Assembly: GCA_048550155.1 (NCBI GenBank)
Contig: JBLYYW010000068.1
Span: 1-49,549 of the forward strand
Direction: 5' to 3'
Length of the DNA: 49,549 nucleotides
From: Acidimicrobiales bacterium
GTDB taxonomy: Bacteria; Actinomycetota; Acidimicrobiia; Acidimicrobiales; SZUA-35
The notes below the pieces were generated by a model, which ran no database searches, was not told the DNA's origin, and saw nothing but the letters and a program-made list of their open reading frames with translations. The position numbers and the translations under genes are program-made. Positions 10,185-19,053 of this stretch are shown here, piece after piece. Numbering within the stretch: the first letter of the stretch is position 1; every line of letters begins with the position of its first letter.

Positions 10185-10415
10185 ATGCGTCACACCGATG
10201 CTCTCCACCCTCGACCGGCGAGCGAACCGCTCCGAACCTGTGTGGGATGCAGAATCAGGCAACCAGCGACAGGAATGACCCGTCTGACCTCCCACGATGG
10301 GCGCATTCGGAGCGGTGGCCCCAGCGCTGGCCGCGGGGCGTGGGTGTGTTCGGAAGAGTGTTTCGACGTCGCCAAAGCCAATGGCAGCCTCAATCGGGCC
10401 TTGAGGTTGAATTAG
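10185..10415 (+). CDS. ylxR: YlxR/DUF448 family RNA-binding protein
   Basis: 76 aa containing the LRTCVGCR motif, in the conserved position between nusA and infB. Confidence 0.8.
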   Translation: MRHTDALHPRPASEPLRTCVGCRIRQPATGMTRLTSHDGRIRSGGPSAGRGAWVCSEECFDVAKANGSLNRALRLN

Positions 10416-10492
10416 CGAGTTCGCCGTTAGCATGAAAGGCCGATTCGTAGGAGCGTCGCGCCCCTACAATAACCCGAGGTTGTTTAAAGTCT

Positions 10493-13303
10493 GTGCCTGC
10501 CAAAGTCCGTGTTTATGAACTCGCTCGTCAACTGGGAATGTCAAATGCTGAGATCCTCGATCTCTGCGGCAGTCTTGGCATCGGCGCCAAGAGCCACTCC
10601 TCCAGCATCGTCGAGGCGCAGGCAGACCGACTTCGTCGAAAGGCCGAGCGGGAGGGGCTAGTCAGGGATCCCATTCCCGAGCCCGAACAGGAAAAGCCGG
10701 CGGCGAAGACAGCCACAAAGAAGAAGGCAGCCAAGAAGAAGCCTCCGCCCAAGAGGAAGCCTGTGGCCAGCCAGGCGCCCACCTCGGCCGAGGAGCCGCC
10801 GGCCAAGCCCGCGGCCAAGGTTTCCAGTGGCGCCGCTGCCAAGCCTGCGCCCGAGCCGGTCGTGTCATCGGGATCGGCCACACCGATCCCACCACCACCG
10901 CAAACACTGCGATCGGCTCCCGCACCGGCTCCGGCCGCACCTGCCGCAACACCTGCACCTCCAGCTCCCGCCCCGGCGCCGGTTGTGCAGGCCCCGGCCG
11001 CGGAGGCACCAGCAGCGGAGGCCCCGCCTGCCGAGGCGCCGGCACAACAGACTCCTGAGCCGGCCCAAGAAGCGCCGGCCGCTCAGGTCGCAGAGGTCGG
11101 TGCGCCGGCTGCAGATGCGGCTCCCACCCCACCCCGGTCCACCGGTGGGAAACCGATTCCGCCCCCTCCGGGCCCACCTCGTGGGCAGAGTGGCAAACCT
11201 ATTCCGCCGCCTCCCGGCGGTGGTAAGCCCGCTCCTCCCCGGCCCGGTGGTGGAACTCGCCCCGCGGGCGGCTCGCCGTACCGCACTGCCCCAGGTAGCG
11301 GTGCGCCCGGTCGTCCACCCGGCGGTGGCGGCGCCCCCAGTGGTCCCGGCGGTTTCCCCGGTCGTGGTGGCCCTCCCGGTCGTGGTGGCCCTCCCGGTCG
11401 CGGTCCCGGCAACCGAGGTCAGCGCCGCAAGAAGCGTCGTCGTCGTAACGCCGAGGACCTCATGCCAATGGACATTCCCCAGTACACCGCTGAGGATGCC
11501 CCGGTGCCTGAAGGCACCATCGTGATCGAACGGGCGTCAACCGCCCAGGACCTCGGTCCCAAACTCAACCGCACCGCGGCCGACGTAGTTCGTTTCATGC
11601 TCACAAACGGTGAGATGGTCACCGCTACCCAATCGCTCAGCGACGACATGATCGAGCTGTTCGCCGCCGAGGTCAGCGCAGAGATCCGCCTGGTCGACCC
11701 CGGCGAAGAGCAGGAGGTCGAACTCCGGAAAGCGCTCGAGTTCCCCGACGAGGATGACGACGAGATCGTCGCCAGCTGGCCCCATCGACCGCCGGTCATC
11801 ACCGTGATGGGCCACGTGGATCACGGAAAGACCCTCCTGTTGGACCGCATCCGGTCTGCCAACGTTGTCGCCGGCGAAGCCGGCGGTATCACCCAGCACA
11901 TCGGTGCCTACCAGGCCTCCACCGATGACGGAGCGCTACTCACGTTCCTCGATACCCCAGGTCACGAGGCCTTCACGGCGATGCGGGCGCGCGGCGCAGA
12001 CGCCACCGACATCGTGGTGCTGGTCGTCGCAGCCGACGACGGAGTCATGCCACAGACCGCCGAGGCTCTCGACCACGCCAAGGCTGCCGAGGTTCCGATC
12101 ATCGTTGCGATCAACAAAATGGATCGCGAAGGCGCTGACCCCGAGCGGGTCATGAGCCAGTTGGCCGAACGAAACTTGGTTCCCGAGGCGTGGGGCGGCG
12201 ACGCCATCATGGTGCCGCTGTCTGCGATGACCGGCGAAGGGATCCCCGACCTCCTCGAGAACCTCGCAGTGGTCGCCGAACTGGAAGATCTTCGGGCCAC
12301 CTCCGAAGGGCGGGCCGCCGGTGTAGTCCTCGAATCATTCCTCGACACCGGACGCGGACCCGTCTCCACCGTCTTGGTGGAGCGAGGCACTCTGTCGGTT
12401 GGCGATCCGCTCGTCACCGGTGCAGCGTGGGGCCGCGTGAGAGCACTGATTGATGACAAGGGCAACCAGGTCAAGAAGGCAGGGCCTTCGGTTCCAGTGC
12501 AGGTGCTTGGCCTCAACGACGTGGCGGGCGCCGGCGATTCGTTCGTGGTGGCTCCCAGCGAAAAGGTTGCTGCCAAGGTCGCTTCCACTCGCGAACACTG
12601 GCACCGTTTGGCAAGCCTGGGCCGTGATGCCTCCGCAACCAGTGGCGGCGCCAAGCTCGAAGACATCTTCGACCAGATTCAGCGGGGTGAGACCGCAACG
12701 CTGAACCTGATCGTCAAGGCCGACGTCAACGGCTCGCTCGAGGCGGTCACCGATTCGCTTCGCAAGCTCGAACGTGATGATGTGAAGCTGGCCTTCGTGT
12801 CCCGTGGCGTCGGGGGGATAACCGAGAACGATGTGCTGCTGGCGTCCACTTCCAACGCCACGATCTTGGGCTTCAACGTGCGTCCAGACCGCAAGGCAAG
12901 GGAACTTGCTGACCGCGAGCAGGTAGAGATTCGCAACTACGAGATCATCTACAAGCTCCTCGAGGACATCGAGAACGCGATGCTGGGCATGCTCGCTCCC
13001 GAGTTTGAAGAAGTCGTCACCGGAGAAGCCGAGGTACGCGAGATCTTCCGAGTTCCGCGTCAAGGTGCGATCGCCGGCTGCATGGTTCTCAACGGGACCA
13101 TCACCCGCAACTCCAAAGTTCGTTTCCTCCGAGAAGGCACCATCATCTGGCGCGGAGCGGTTCAGTCGCTTCGCCACTTCAAGGACGATGTCAAGGAAGT
13201 GCGGGCCGGGTTCGAATGTGGCATCGGCCTTTCGGACTTTCAAGACCTCAAGCCCGGGGACATCATCGAAACCTTCGACGAACGAGAAATACCCCGCACG
13301 TAG
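10493..13303 (+). CDS. infB: Translation initiation factor IF-2 with Pro/Ala/Gly-rich N-terminal region
   Basis: 936 aa, GTG start. N-terminus MPAKVRVYELARQLGMS. GTPase motifs VMGHVDHGKTLLLD, DTPGHEAF, NKMD. Confidence 0.95.
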   Translation: MPAKVRVYELARQLGMSNAEILDLCGSLGIGAKSHSSSIVEAQADRLRRKAEREGLVRDPIPEPEQEKPAAKTATKKKAAKKKPPPKRKPVASQAPTSAEEPPAKPAAKVSSGAAAKPAPEPVVSSGSATPIPPPPQTLRSAPAPAPAAPAATPAPPAPAPAPVVQAPAAEAPAAEAPPAEAPAQQTPEPAQEAPAAQVAEVGAPAADAAPTPPRSTGGKPIPPPPGPPRGQSGKPIPPPPGGGKPAPPRPGGGTRPAGGSPYRTAPGSGAPGRPPGGGGAPSGPGGFPGRGGPPGRGGPPGRGPGNRGQRRKKRRRRNAEDLMPMDIPQYTAEDAPVPEGTIVIERASTAQDLGPKLNRTAADVVRFMLTNGEMVTATQSLSDDMIELFAAEVSAEIRLVDPGEEQEVELRKALEFPDEDDDEIVASWPHRPPVITVMGHVDHGKTLLLDRIRSANVVAGEAGGITQHIGAYQASTDDGALLTFLDTPGHEAFTAMRARGADATDIVVLVVAADDGVMPQTAEALDHAKAAEVPIIVAINKMDREGADPERVMSQLAERNLVPEAWGGDAIMVPLSAMTGEGIPDLLENLAVVAELEDLRATSEGRAAGVVLESFLDTGRGPVSTVLVERGTLSVGDPLVTGAAWGRVRALIDDKGNQVKKAGPSVPVQVLGLNDVAGAGDSFVVAPSEKVAAKVASTREHWHRLASLGRDASATSGGAKLEDIFDQIQRGETATLNLIVKADVNGSLEAVTDSLRKLERDDVKLAFVSRGVGGITENDVLLASTSNATILGFNVRPDRKARELADREQVEIRNYEIIYKLLEDIENAMLGMLAPEFEEVVTGEAEVREIFRVPRQGAIAGCMVLNGTITRNSKVRFLREGTIIWRGAVQSLRHFKDDVKEVRAGFECGIGLSDFQDLKPGDIIETFDEREIPRT

Positions 13304-13314
13304 AACCCGACGTC

Positions 13315-13605
13315 GTGCACGTTTGTGTCCTCTCCGTGGAGCTGCATCTCCCCATGGCCCAGTCTTTGAAAGCCAAGCGTTCGATCGTCCAGAGCATCGT
13401 CCGTACCGTCGACGGATGGAAGTCGGTGGCCTCGGCTGAGGTTGGTTTTCTCGACAAGTGGCAGCGAGCCGAACTGGGTTTCGCAATTGTGTCGGGCTCT
13501 GCCCGTCATGCCAGCGAAGTTGCCGATGCCGTCGAACGATTCGTGTGGTCCCAAGCAGACATCGAGGTCACCTCGATCAACCGAACATGGACGGAGTCGA
13601 CATGA
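13315..13605 (+). CDS. DUF503 (YlxP-like) protein
   Basis: The ORF 13216..13605 is trimmed to GTG 13315, just after the infB stop. VHVCVLSVELHLPMAQSLKAKRSIVQSI... matches the DUF503 pattern. The position between infB and rbfA is conserved. Confidence 0.75.
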   Translation: MHVCVLSVELHLPMAQSLKAKRSIVQSIVRTVDGWKSVASAEVGFLDKWQRAELGFAIVSGSARHASEVADAVERFVWSQADIEVTSINRTWTEST

Positions 13606-14078
13606 GTCGTCGCCAACAAAACCGCAAGAAGCGTCCCGCCAGCACCAAGCACTATCCGCGGACCGCTCGACTGAACGCCCTGCTCCAACAGGTCGTTGCA
13701 GAACACCTGGAACGTCTCGACGATGACCGCCTTCCGTTTATCACGGTCACCGGCACCGAGATCGACAACGACCTCAATCGGTGTGATGTCTTCATCAGCA
13801 CATTGGAGAACGACCCTGAACGCGATGACGAGATCCTTGCGGTCTTGACCCAACAGAGGGTTCCGCTTCAGAGCGCCATCGCCCAGCAGGTGAAGCTGCG
13901 CAAGACCCCCGAGGTCGTCATCCAGTTCGACCCGTCGGTTCGGGCTGGAGCCAGAATCGACTCGATCCTCGCCGGTCTTGACTCGCCGAGTGACCACATT
14001 GAGCCAACCGAAGACGATCCCGCCGATCCCGCCGATCTCGCTGAACCCGACGAACCCGACGAAGTCACCTTCGAGTGA
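13602..14078 (+). CDS. rbfA: Ribosome-binding factor A with acidic C-terminal tail
   Basis: The ORF 13458..14078 is trimmed to ATG 13602, giving an ATGA overlap with DUF503. Contains RTARLNALLQQVVAEHLERL...ITVTGTEIDNDLNRCDVFIS. Confidence 0.9.
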   Translation: MSRRQQNRKKRPASTKHYPRTARLNALLQQVVAEHLERLDDDRLPFITVTGTEIDNDLNRCDVFISTLENDPERDDEILAVLTQQRVPLQSAIAQQVKLRKTPEVVIQFDPSVRAGARIDSILAGLDSPSDHIEPTEDDPADPADLAEPDEPDEVTFE

Positions 14079-14944
14079 TGGCTCGTCGTAGTCGGAGCGA
14101 CTCGGGAGCAACCGGAGTTCTCGTGGTCGACAAACCCGCCGGCTGCACCAGCCACGACGTGGTAGATCAGGTCCGCAAGAAACTGGGTACCCGAAAGGTG
14201 GGTCACGCTGGAACGCTCGACCCTGATGCGACCGGCGTATTGGTACTGGGCGTGGGCAAGGGCACGAAACTCCTGCAGTTCATGACCGGAGCTGACAAGA
14301 AGTACGAGGGGGAGGTTGTCTTTGGCGTCACCACCCACAGCCTCGACTCAACCGGCGAAGTCACCGGAACCTTCGACATGAATCTGTCGCTTGAACAGGT
14401 CCGGAACGCTGCCCGGTTGTTCGAGGGCGACATCGAACAGATCCCGCCCATGGTCTCGGCGATCAAGATCGAGGGCAAACGGCTGCACGAGCTGGCCCGA
14501 GAAGGCAAAGAAGTCGATCGACCGCCGCGTCCTGTCACGATCCACAGCATCGACGTGGAGCCAACCGATGACCCGCTGGTCTACCGGATGTCGGTTCACT
14601 GCTCCTCGGGGACCTACATCCGTACGCTGGCCGCCGATCTCGGTACCAAGCTGGGCGGAGGGGCTCACCTTCGAAATCTTCGTCGCACCGCAGTGGGACG
14701 ATTCGACGTGGCATCGGCTCGGCCGGTGGAAGATGCCGAGCTGCAACCGCTGGCCGAGATGTTGTCCCATCTCCCGACCATGCAGGTAGGGGAGACCATC
14801 GCAGCTCAGGTTCGCAACGGGCGGTCATTGGGGCCGAGCACCGGCTCGGGTCAGCTGGCTGTGGTCGGCCCCGACGGTGTTCTACTGGCTGTGTATGAGT
14901 CCCGTGATGGCGAGTTCCGGCCGGTGAAAGTCTTGGTAGGTTGA
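14075..14944 (+). CDS. truB: tRNA pseudouridine(55) synthase
   Basis: 289 aa with GVLVVDKPAGCTSHDVV and GHAGTLDPDATGVLVLGVG (catalytic Asp motif). Overlaps the rbfA stop. Confidence 0.93.
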   Translation: MMARRSRSDSGATGVLVVDKPAGCTSHDVVDQVRKKLGTRKVGHAGTLDPDATGVLVLGVGKGTKLLQFMTGADKKYEGEVVFGVTTHSLDSTGEVTGTFDMNLSLEQVRNAARLFEGDIEQIPPMVSAIKIEGKRLHELAREGKEVDRPPRPVTIHSIDVEPTDDPLVYRMSVHCSSGTYIRTLAADLGTKLGGGAHLRNLRRTAVGRFDVASARPVEDAELQPLAEMLSHLPTMQVGETIAAQVRNGRSLGPSTGSGQLAVVGPDGVLLAVYESRDGEFRPVKVLVG

Positions 14945-14951
14945 CGCGCCG

Positions 14952-15893
14952 ATGTTGGTGATTCAGAACCCGGGAGCGGGGGAGTGTCTCGAAGAGCCCC
15001 ATGCCGTCACCATCGGCGTCTTCGACGGCGTGCACCGCGGCCATCGGTTCGTTCTCGACGAGACGCGAAGGTTGGCAGATCACGATGGTGCCCGGTTGGC
15101 AGTGGTCACCTTCGACCCTCACCCGGCACGCATCGTGCGGCCCGAAAGTGCCCCCAAGATCCTCACCGGTATCGAACACCGTCTCGAACTGTTGCGTGAA
15201 TTCGGTGTCGATACCACCGTGGTAGTCCACTTCGACCAGGCGCAAGCCCACGAGCGGGCCATGGCATTCGTAGACCGGGTGATCGTGGATTGTCTGAGCG
15301 CAAGCTCGGTTTCGGTCGGTGACGACTTCCACTTCGGGTATCGCCGGGAGGGAACCACCGAGCTGCTTGCCGAGATCGGCGCCGAACGGGGATTCGACGT
15401 CCACCCGCTCGATCAGGTTCTTCAGCCCGGTGAGGGTGGCGCTCCGGTTTCCTCCACCGCCATTCGGCGAGCCATCGCCGATGGGGAGGTGGAAGAGGCG
15501 GCGGAGATGCTGGGTCGCCTCCACCAGGTTCGCGGCGAGGTCAGGGCTGGGGATCAGCGGGGCCGCACCATCGGATTCCCCACAGCCAACGTCGACGTGT
15601 CACCCGAGCGAGCGATCCCGGCCGACGGTGTCTACGCCGCCTGGTATGTGTTCGCCGACGGCAGCCGCCATCCCGCTGCGGTCAATGTGGGCAAGCGACC
15701 CACGTTCTACGCCGACGCCGATCGATCACTGGTCGAGGCCCACCTCATCGGTTTCGACGGCGATCTCTACGGGACTGAGGGTCGGGTCGAGTTCGTCAAG
15801 ATGCTTCGGACCGAACGCCGATTCGACGGCATCGACGCCCTCAAGTCCCAGCTGCAAACCGACATCGACGAAGCCAAGGCCCTGCTGTACTGA
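14952..15893 (+). CDS. ribF: Bifunctional riboflavin kinase / FMN adenylyltransferase
   Basis: 313 aa with GVFDGVHRGH, VVTFDPHP, and C-terminal GRTIGFPTANV...YGT...VEFVKMLRTERRF. Confidence 0.93.
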   Translation: MLVIQNPGAGECLEEPHAVTIGVFDGVHRGHRFVLDETRRLADHDGARLAVVTFDPHPARIVRPESAPKILTGIEHRLELLREFGVDTTVVVHFDQAQAHERAMAFVDRVIVDCLSASSVSVGDDFHFGYRREGTTELLAEIGAERGFDVHPLDQVLQPGEGGAPVSSTAIRRAIADGEVEEAAEMLGRLHQVRGEVRAGDQRGRTIGFPTANVDVSPERAIPADGVYAAWYVFADGSRHPAAVNVGKRPTFYADADRSLVEAHLIGFDGDLYGTEGRVEFVKMLRTERRFDGIDALKSQLQTDIDEAKALLY

Positions 15894-15894
15894 C

Positions 15895-16293
15895 TCAGAT
15901 CTGCCGTCGTTGTGCGGCGACCGGGGATCCGTGGTGGTGGACGATCTTCCACTCTCCCGCGATACGCAAGAAGATGTTGGTGGCGGCGATCGTGCCGGTG
16001 CCGCCGACGCTCATCAGGTTCTCGTCGAGGGTGATCCAGGCGACCCCGCTAGCCATGTTCAGCTGGTCGTTGGTGACGATGAACTGATTGTCTGACGGGC
16101 CCTGAAAAATCCGTCGCCAACTGTCTTCCACCGCCTCCCAGCCGCGCAAGATCGGCCATCCCGGATGAATACACACCACGTCCGGCCCGTGGCCCCAGAG
16201 GGCGGCCATGGCATCGAAATCTCGGTTCTCGTGGGCGGAATAGAACCTCTGGTTGAGCTCCCGGACGGCAGCTTGATCTTCAACCCTGCTCAC
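15895..16293 (-). CDS. SnoaL-like / NTF2-fold (DUF4440-like) protein
   Basis: 132 aa. The pattern AAVRELNQRFYSAHENRDFDAMAALW...ATNIFLRIAGEWKIVHHHGSP is typical of the NTF2-like family. Confidence 0.6.
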   Translation of the reverse strand: MSRVEDQAAVRELNQRFYSAHENRDFDAMAALWGHGPDVVCIHPGWPILRGWEAVEDSWRRIFQGPSDNQFIVTNDQLNMASGVAWITLDENLMSVGGTGTIAATNIFLRIAGEWKIVHHHGSPVAAQRRQI

Positions 16294-16320
16294 GAAACCA
16301 CTGTAAACCGGCTCTGACCC

Positions 16321-17133
16321 CTAGCCGAAGTTGAAGGGTCGTCCCAGGAGCGTTTGCGTGCCGAAGGCCACCGGACCAGCTTCGTCGGAGAGGGTGTTGA
16401 CACACAACCCGGTTCCGCGAGCTCCAGCTCGCGTGGTGGCATCGGTCCGGATCCACATACCAATCGCCGGGCGGAGAAACGACACATCCAGGTCGCTGTT
16501 GATCAGTCCGAAGCCGCTGCTCGGCATGAAGATTGCGCTCACGCCACTGGCGATGTCGGCGACGGCCATGATGCGTTGATGGCTCGTGACGTCGACGCCT
16601 TCGACCACAGGCACCGACAGGCGCTGCCAGCACTGGGCCGGACCGGCGTCGTTGAAGTCACCGTGCTCCCAGCGGTGTCGAACCGCATCCCGATGGAAAG
16701 CCAGGTTGTCCTTGCCCACCGCCCATGACGGAGCGGTCTTCTCACGCTCGGGCCCGGGGACGGGTCGTGCCTGCTCGGGAGGTTGGTCAGGTGAAATGTC
16801 GACGTCGACCTCGGTGAGTAAACGTCCCGTCGCTCTTGCAACCGGTTTGTCGCCGCTGTTCAGCTCGGCGTGGGCGATCGCCACCCGGCGGCTGATCCGT
16901 TCGGATCGCACCGAAGTGGTGAGTGTCGTCAGCGGTACCGGCGCCAGTAGCTCGACGTTCATGCGGGCGATCCACTGATTCGACTCGACAACAGACTCCA
17001 CCAGGTATGTCAGCAGTGCGGAGGGCGGGCCGCCATGTTGGGCGTCGGGCATCCAGGGACCTCGGGTCAGTTCGCTTGGCTGTGCGAAGGTGCCATCCAG
17101 TTGAAAGAGGGCCTCGTTCACCGGTTCTGCCAT
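16321..17133 (-). CDS. Thioesterase-like (hotdog-fold, acyl-CoA thioesterase II-like) protein
   Basis: The ORF 16321..17247 is trimmed to ATG 17133 (MAEPVNEALFQLDG...). HGGPPSALL and the double-hotdog-like layout suggest the thioesterase superfamily. It overlaps the stop of the upstream gene by 16 nt. Confidence 0.55.
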   Translation of the reverse strand: MAEPVNEALFQLDGTFAQPSELTRGPWMPDAQHGGPPSALLTYLVESVVESNQWIARMNVELLAPVPLTTLTTSVRSERISRRVAIAHAELNSGDKPVARATGRLLTEVDVDISPDQPPEQARPVPGPEREKTAPSWAVGKDNLAFHRDAVRHRWEHGDFNDAGPAQCWQRLSVPVVEGVDVTSHQRIMAVADIASGVSAIFMPSSGFGLINSDLDVSFLRPAIGMWIRTDATTRAGARGTGLCVNTLSDEAGPVAFGTQTLLGRPFNFG

Positions 17134-18317
17134 GGCATTTCCAGATGCAGCGCATCGCCGGTGTAGGGGTGAGCCCGGGCGACAGTTTCGTCCAACTCGA
17201 CGCCGAGGCCAGGGGAAGTAGGCACAACTACTGCACCGTCGGACCATTCCAGGGGGGTTCGGAGCAATTCGGCGTGAAATCCGCTGAAGTCCAAGATCGC
17301 CTCGAGGATCAGGAAGTTGGGAGCGGTGGCTGCGATCGCAATATTGGCTGCAGCACCGATCGGTCCGTTGTAGAGGTGGGGGGCGATCTGTGCGTGATGA
17401 GCCTCAGCGATGGCGGTGATCTTCCGGCTCTCCAAGATTCCACCCGCTCTCGCGGTGTTGAGTTGGGCGATGTGGATCGCTCCGGAGGCGAGAAGCGGAG
17501 CGAACTCGTACTTGGTGGTCAGGCGTTCGCCCGCCGCAATCGGAATTCTGGTGCCCGACGCCACCGCTGACATCGCAGTGTTGTTGTCAGGGGGAACGGG
17601 CTCCTCGAACCACAACGGCTCGAACGGCTCGATCCGTTCGGCCAGCCGCAGCGCACCGGCAGCAGTGAACTGACCATGGGTGCCGAACAGAATGTCGGCA
17701 TTGGATCCCACCGCGTCTCGAATGGACCCGACCATCGCCTCTGCGAGATCGAGGCGTTCCAACGAGGGGTTTCTGGGATCGTTGGCGTAGTAGCCGCCCA
17801 TCGGGTCGAGCTTCACGGCGGTGTGGCCGAGCTGGGCATAGTGCGCAGCGGTCTCGGCAGCAACGGCCGGATCTGAGTACACGCCGCGATTGGCGTAGAT
17901 GTCCTCACCGGGATCTGTGGGATACAGGTAGGTGTACGTCCTCAAGCGGTCGGTGACCCGCCCGCCGACCATTTCGGTGACCGGCAAACCCGCGGCCTTG
18001 CCGCTGATGTCCCAACACGCCATTTCGATCCCGCTGAACACACCCATCAGCGAGATATCGGGACGCTGGGTGAAGCCGCGGCTGTAGACCGTGCGGAAAA
18101 GGCGCTCGCTCGCTCGCGGGTCGCTGCCGATCACGTTTCGTTCGATCACGTCGGACGCCATTGCGGCCACGGTGTGGGGATCGAACGTGGCGCAGTAGAT
18201 CTCGCCGTACCCCACGATCCCGTCGTCGGTCACCAGCTTCACGAAGATGAAGTAGCGGCCGCCGTGATGGGGGGCAGGGGTGCCGACGACAAAGGTTTCG
18301 AATTCGCTGATCTTCAC
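17118..18317 (-). CDS. Enolase-superfamily enzyme (mandelate racemase / muconate lactonizing, acid-sugar dehydratase-like)
   Basis: 399 aa. MKISEFETFVVGTP...YFIFVKLVTDDGIVGYGEIY is a typical capping-domain start. Barrel motifs (KLDP, WFEEP, ERL) are present. Confidence 0.85.
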   Translation of the reverse strand: MKISEFETFVVGTPAPHHGGRYFIFVKLVTDDGIVGYGEIYCATFDPHTVAAMASDVIERNVIGSDPRASERLFRTVYSRGFTQRPDISLMGVFSGIEMACWDISGKAAGLPVTEMVGGRVTDRLRTYTYLYPTDPGEDIYANRGVYSDPAVAAETAAHYAQLGHTAVKLDPMGGYYANDPRNPSLERLDLAEAMVGSIRDAVGSNADILFGTHGQFTAAGALRLAERIEPFEPLWFEEPVPPDNNTAMSAVASGTRIPIAAGERLTTKYEFAPLLASGAIHIAQLNTARAGGILESRKITAIAEAHHAQIAPHLYNGPIGAAANIAIAATAPNFLILEAILDFSGFHAELLRTPLEWSDGAVVVPTSPGLGVELDETVARAHPYTGDALHLEMPWQNR

Positions 18318-18476
18318 CGGATCAAGCTACTGCACGCGTTGTGGTCAGACCCCTGTCTCAACGTCCGCCTGGTGAGATCCGCTGGTAGCCTCTAAGGCTG
18401 CTGTTCCGCCGGGTTACCCGCGGAACGGCTGGACCCGAGGGCCAACCTCCATCTACCCGATTCCAGGAGATCCATC

Positions 18477-18755
18477 ATGAGCAAGCCAGCTGCCAACCTG
18501 CCTCCCAAGGCCGACACCGTTTCGAAGTTTCAACGCGGTGAAGGCGACACGGGGTCCCCCGAGGTGCAGATCGCACTGCTCACCGATCGGATCCGGCACC
18601 TCACCGACCATCTCGCAGTGCACAAGAAAGACCACCACAGCCGACGCGGCCTGCTGATGCTGGTCGGACGTCGCCGTCGCCTCCTCGACTACCTGCGCGG
18701 TATCGACGTGGAGCGCTACAGGGCTCTCATCGCCGAACTTGGCCTCCGCCGCTAA
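18477..18755 (+). CDS. rpsO: 30S ribosomal protein S15
   Basis: 92 aa with [55 protein letters not shown] Shine-Dalgarno sequence upstream. Confidence 0.95.
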   Translation: MSKPAANLPPKADTVSKFQRGEGDTGSPEVQIALLTDRIRHLTDHLAVHKKDHHSRRGLLMLVGRRRRLLDYLRGIDVERYRALIAELGLRR

Positions 18756-19053
18756 AGAGACGCAGCCCTCCAACGAGGGGTGAGAAGTCGCACACCGCTG
18801 GATGCAACGTATTCGGTGCTCAACCTGCCTAGACTGATGCCGACGGATAAACCGTCGCGGCAATGGCAGAGCCTGGTTTCTGGCTCCCGAGCTGTAGCCC
18901 ACAGCGTTTGGCTGTGGAACACACACGGTTCCTCTCAGGTGGATCCGGCTCCAAGACCGGAGCATGCTCGGTAGCTGCAATCTGGGATCTGGCTGCGCCG
19001 CCTAGCTCCAGCGAGGGTCGCTGGCGCGCCAAATCCAAAACAAAGGAGCATCC

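Noticed and set aside
10650-11440. Highly repetitive Pro/Ala/Gly-rich DNA that could be mistaken for a repeat element or a separate surface-protein gene
   Set aside because: It is in frame within infB, between the conserved N-terminal domain and the GTPase domain. This is the usual variable IF2 linker.
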